The notes below the pieces were generated by a model that ran no database searches, was not told the origin of the DNA, and saw only the letters and a program-made list of their open reading frames with translations. The position numbers and the translations under genes are program-made. From an uncultured virus (IMG/VR IMGVR_UViG_3300025133_000083) (Duplodnaviria; Heunggongvirae; Uroviricota; Caudoviricetes), in the IMG/VR virus record IMGVR_UViG_3300025133_000083: a DNA stretch of 20,000 nucleotides. The stretch is one strand, 5' to 3'. Each line of letters begins with the position of its first letter. The first letter of the stretch is position 1. Shown piece by piece: positions 16,733-20,000 of the stretch.

Positions 16733-17095
16733 ATGAAAACAGCACTTGAACAACATAGACAAACGTGGAAAGGGAAGTCCGATGAATGGCTTTTTGAACG
16801 GCTCAATAACGAGTTGAAATCAAAGGTTGAGGAAATCCACAGACTGTTAAATCAATCCGAACAAAACGTTGGCTTCAAAGCAGCAGATTGTATTCTTGCC
16901 GTTTGCGCTGTTCCTCACGGCTATCAATTCGATTTATTGGACAATAAAGCCTATTTGGATGATAAAGTTGTTGTCCTACATTCAGAGTGTAGAAGCTATG
17001 CGGAGAACATTGACTTGAATAAGTTCACTCAGGACATTGTTGAATTTATTAGAAACGGAGGTCAAGCACCCCTCAACCAAACAGAGAACAAATGA
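16733..17095 (+). CDS. Hypothetical protein
   Basis: 120-aa ORF. Confidence 0.75.
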   Translation: MKTALEQHRQTWKGKSDEWLFERLNNELKSKVEEIHRLLNQSEQNVGFKAADCILAVCAVPHGYQFDLLDNKAYLDDKVVVLHSECRSYAENIDLNKFTQDIVEFIRNGGQAPLNQTENK

Positions 17096-17229
17096 GCAAA
17101 GCACACAAATTCGGACATAACCCTGAAGCGATTGAGAATGGGAGATTGATAACTCACTTCCTACAGGTACAATGCGCTTTAATGGCACTAACTTCAATAA
17201 CGTTAATCTTTAAATTTTTTACACAATGA
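17092..17229 (+). CDS. Small putative membrane protein (45 aa, not in ORF track)
   Basis: MSKAHKFGHNPEAIENGRLITHFLQVQCALMALTSITLIFKFFTQ*; ATGA overlaps at both ends. Confidence 0.55.
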   Translation: MSKAHKFGHNPEAIENGRLITHFLQVQCALMALTSITLIFKFFTQ

Positions 17230-17387
17230 CCTATTTAACAATCGGAATGACATTAGTAGCGGTAATCCTAGCTGTAGCCGTAGGGGTACAACAGATCCGA
17301 ATACAAAAATTAAGAGACACCTCTTACGAGAACGGACTTCCTAGAGATAAGAAGACGGGCAGGTACATAAAACGGCTCTTGAAGTAA
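17226..17387 (+). CDS. Small membrane-anchored protein (53 aa, not in ORF track)
   Basis: MTYLTIGMTLVAVILAVAVGVQQIRIQKLRDTSYENGLPRDKKTGRYIKRLLK*; TAATG overlap with the nuclease. Confidence 0.65.
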   Translation: MTYLTIGMTLVAVILAVAVGVQQIRIQKLRDTSYENGLPRDKKTGRYIKRLLK

Positions 17388-18109
17388 TGAAGACATACTC
17401 CTACAGTAGACTTTCTACTTGGTACACTTGTAAGTATTCTTGGAACAGAATATACAACGAGAAGGACAGGGGAGAGGATAATTGGTTTGCTCGATACGGA
17501 ACACTTGGACACGATATATTTGAAAAAGTGGACCTGAAGGAACTGAATCCTGAAGATGCTTTCAACGAATGGGATTCCCGATACAAGGCTGAAGTCTTAT
17601 TAGGCGGAGAACACGAAATGCCTTGGATGAATAAGTGGAAGACTGAAGGAGATGTATTCTTTAAGAGATTCAAAGGATGGAGAACGGAACCTTTATGGGT
17701 TGAGAAACATGTTATCCTAGAAAGAGAGAACTACAAGTTTCAGGGATATGTTGATAGAATGTCTAGGCTCCCTAACGGAGACCTAGCTATGCAGGATTAC
17801 AAATGCAGCAACGTCTACGAAGGAGACCAACTAAAAGAGAAAGCAAGACAGATGTACCTGTACTCAGCAGGGGTGCAACAGGAATACGGGGAATTCCCTA
17901 AGCGCCTTATCTTCTTTCACTTCAGAAAGAACGCTCCCGTTATCGTACCCTTTAAGGGAGAAGAATACGAAGAGGCTTGGGAATGGGCTGATAGAACCGT
18001 AGCGGAAATAGAAGCACACGAAGGGAATTACCCGATGGAAGACAACGATTTTTTCTGTCAATCAATATGCAACTTCAGAAACACATGCACTAAAGAATTT
18101 GAGATATGA
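17387..18109 (+). CDS. PD-(D/E)xK exonuclease, Cas4/RecB/AddB-like, probable Fe-S cluster
   Basis: YSYSRLSTWYTC, GTLGH, FQGYVDR, QDYK, QMYLY, C-terminal CQSIC.....C. Confidence 0.9.
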   Translation: MKTYSYSRLSTWYTCKYSWNRIYNEKDRGEDNWFARYGTLGHDIFEKVDLKELNPEDAFNEWDSRYKAEVLLGGEHEMPWMNKWKTEGDVFFKRFKGWRTEPLWVEKHVILERENYKFQGYVDRMSRLPNGDLAMQDYKCSNVYEGDQLKEKARQMYLYSAGVQQEYGEFPKRLIFFHFRKNAPVIVPFKGEEYEEAWEWADRTVAEIEAHEGNYPMEDNDFFCQSICNFRNTCTKEFEI

Positions 18110-18342
18110 TGACATCAATCGAAAATCTGTTGGATAGAGTTAATCTTCATAAGCTAAAAAGCGAATACTATATAGGTGTAGACACCGCAATGCCAAATGA
18201 GAATGCCTATTGTTTGGTAAGAAAAACAGAAGATGATTCTGAAATAATCCTATGTAAGGGAATGGTGAATGAAGCAAACTTCAAAGAAGAAGTCGATAAC
18301 CTAGCAAAATATTTTGACGCTAGAATAATTGAAGAAAAATGA
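18106..18342 (+). CDS. Hypothetical protein
   Basis: 78 aa; YYIGVD motif; ATGA overlaps. Confidence 0.7.
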   Translation: MMTSIENLLDRVNLHKLKSEYYIGVDTAMPNENAYCLVRKTEDDSEIILCKGMVNEANFKEEVDNLAKYFDARIIEEK

Positions 18343-18575
18343 AAAAAGAGGACTACATAAAAGACATTATCGAAACCCTACGCTACCGACAAAGAAGATG
18401 GAGCGAACAACCGCTAGATCAAATATTGGACGGAGAACGTGAAGTAAGTGGAGTACAGATATTAATGGAGTATGTACAAGAAGGAGTGTTAGATATGAAA
18501 AAAGCACTTCAAATTCTACCCGCTATAGAGAACTACCAATTCAAGTACGAAATAAAGGATATTTCAGATGAATGA
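18339..18575 (+). CDS. Hypothetical protein
   Basis: 78 aa, overlaps its neighbours. Confidence 0.7.
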   Translation: MKKEDYIKDIIETLRYRQRRWSEQPLDQILDGEREVSGVQILMEYVQEGVLDMKKALQILPAIENYQFKYEIKDISDE

Positions 18576-19134
18576 AACACCGACAATACCGCACATTGAC
18601 TTTGAAACCCCTCTACCTGTATTCAGGGTAAGAGGCTTAGAGCAGGAAATAGTAGGAACACAACTACTGATAACCGACACCCATGAAGGGAAACGGCTTA
18701 GAATACGATTACTCGACATCAACCCAAGAACCCCTACAACCTATGAGATACTTTCAGACCTCCCGAACGCAGCAAAACTCGCAAAGTTTATCGCTGAAGA
18801 AACACCCCAAATTCAGATTTACCGCAAAACAGAATACTGTATCGCAACTGAATCCCCTGATGGGTCATTACTCATTCTCCTTACTGAAAAAGGAAGGGGA
18901 TTTCTCGAAGAGGAAAAAAATGTAGAATTCCTCTTAGGAGACACAAGGGGAGCCACTCTCAAATTAACAACAGAACGAATACTCACTTCAGTACCGCCCC
19001 CATACGCCACCTTCCAAGTAGAAGATAACTCAATTATTTGGTATCACAGAAACACCGTTAAAGTAGGCGCATCCGCCCTTAGAGATGAACTCCTGAAAAA
19101 CGGATGGGCGAAGATGAAGAAATACCGAAAATAA
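18568..19134 (+). CDS. Hypothetical protein
   Basis: 188-aa ORF. Confidence 0.75.
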   Translation: MNETPTIPHIDFETPLPVFRVRGLEQEIVGTQLLITDTHEGKRLRIRLLDINPRTPTTYEILSDLPNAAKLAKFIAEETPQIQIYRKTEYCIATESPDGSLLILLTEKGRGFLEEEKNVEFLLGDTRGATLKLTTERILTSVPPPYATFQVEDNSIIWYHRNTVKVGASALRDELLKNGWAKMKKYRK

Positions 19135-19140
19135 AGCATA

Positions 19141-19179
19141 TTTATTTGCATGGGTTAAAGTGAAATCATATATTTGACA
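19141..19179 (+). promoter_or_regulatory. Bacteroidota-type promoter
   Basis: TTTG 19145-19148, 20-nt spacer, TATATTTG 19169-19176; intergenic. Confidence 0.75.
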
Positions 19180-19198
19180 TGAATTATAACTAACGAAC

Positions 19199-19390
19199 AT
19201 GTCAGACGAACAAAACCCACACGAAAGATTAGCCTACTCTAGAGGATTCAAGCCTCTTAAGAAGAAGCCCCGAACATTGAAGAATGGAGATAGGTTCAGG
19301 TACAAAGGAGTTGAATACAAAGTTGTTCCTGTAAACGGAAAACCTACATTGGTTCAAGCTGTACTGAAGAGAATTCACGGAGATGGATAA
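19199..19390 (+). CDS. Small basic hypothetical protein
   Basis: 63 aa directly after the promoter. Confidence 0.7.
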   Translation: MSDEQNPHERLAYSRGFKPLKKKPRTLKNGDRFRYKGVEYKVVPVNGKPTLVQAVLKRIHGDG

Positions 19391-19973
19391 CAGGTACGTT
19401 CTAGCTTCCGAACCTAATTACGTTCTAAGGTTGATATGCAAGAAACAGCAGTTAGACCCTATAGATGCGTTGACTCAGGCTATATCAGCAGCGAACCCTG
19501 AAATACCTTCAGAGATTAAGGTTCCTAGCTCAAAATGGGTTAAAGTAAAGCGATTGCAGCATAAGCATACATCCACAAAAAGCATAACCCGTATGGGGTC
19601 GTATAAATTGGGGATGATGGACATGCAAGAGGAGTTAGTGAGATTGAATACAAGAGAGCATTTCGCAGTACAGGAAGCAGAAGCCAAGTTGGACCGCCCG
19701 AACGACCTTACAATAAGGCAGTTATCCTACTTCGCTAAATTGACCAACAGGAACTTTATGGGGTTGTTGAAAGCAATTGAAAAGGGGTTATCTCCTGAAA
19801 AACCGCAGAATTGGAGAACATTACTTGCATTAGAAAAGATTGACCACGATGAAACCAAAGCAGAACTCGAACAAGCAAGAGACGAAATCATTGTTGCAGA
19901 AAACAGAACGGAACAACTCCTTGAAATCCTCAACAGAAACGGGATACAAGACATTGAGATACAAGATCCATGA
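19383..19973 (+). CDS. Hypothetical protein with C-terminal coiled coil
   Basis: 196-aa ORF. Confidence 0.75.
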   Translation: MDNRYVLASEPNYVLRLICKKQQLDPIDALTQAISAANPEIPSEIKVPSSKWVKVKRLQHKHTSTKSITRMGSYKLGMMDMQEELVRLNTREHFAVQEAEAKLDRPNDLTIRQLSYFAKLTNRNFMGLLKAIEKGLSPEKPQNWRTLLALEKIDHDETKAELEQARDEIIVAENRTEQLLEILNRNGIQDIEIQDP

Positions 19974-20000
19974 CGAACAACAGAACTTGAAACTGATACA

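Noticed and set aside
130..19954. Minus-strand ORFs in the track
   Set aside because: They are shadows of A-rich + strand genes with S/F/L-rich translations and no start signals.

Overview
Phage DNA with a Bacteroidota (Flavobacteria-like) host, inferred from three TTTG-N20-22-TAnnTTTG promoters. All credible genes are on the A-rich + strand. 1-1904 is the end of a gene cluster, closing with an N6-adenine DNA methyltransferase. 1905-3046 is a ~1.1 kb non-coding control region with C-tract repeats, operator-like palindromes, a terminator and a promoter, possibly a genome end or origin. 3047-13175 is a dense array of ~33 small, mostly unknown early genes. 13268-19973 is a recombination/replication-type module with an SSB-like protein, a coiled-coil protein and a Cas4/RecB-like nuclease. 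The main observation is a near-invariant junction motif, (AAAA)CTAGAAAACATG, fused to gene starts: 15 exact 12-mers, 6 one-mismatch copies and several weaker ones. Its TAG often serves as the stop of the previous gene, so the region reads as a cassette-like array. Two other genes are bracketed by their own direct repeats. Also seen: a six-copy CTACG-N7-CGTAG palindrome family, near-absence of CCAG/CTGG and an excess of CCTGAAG. All counts are by eye and family assignments are from remembered motifs, not database searches.
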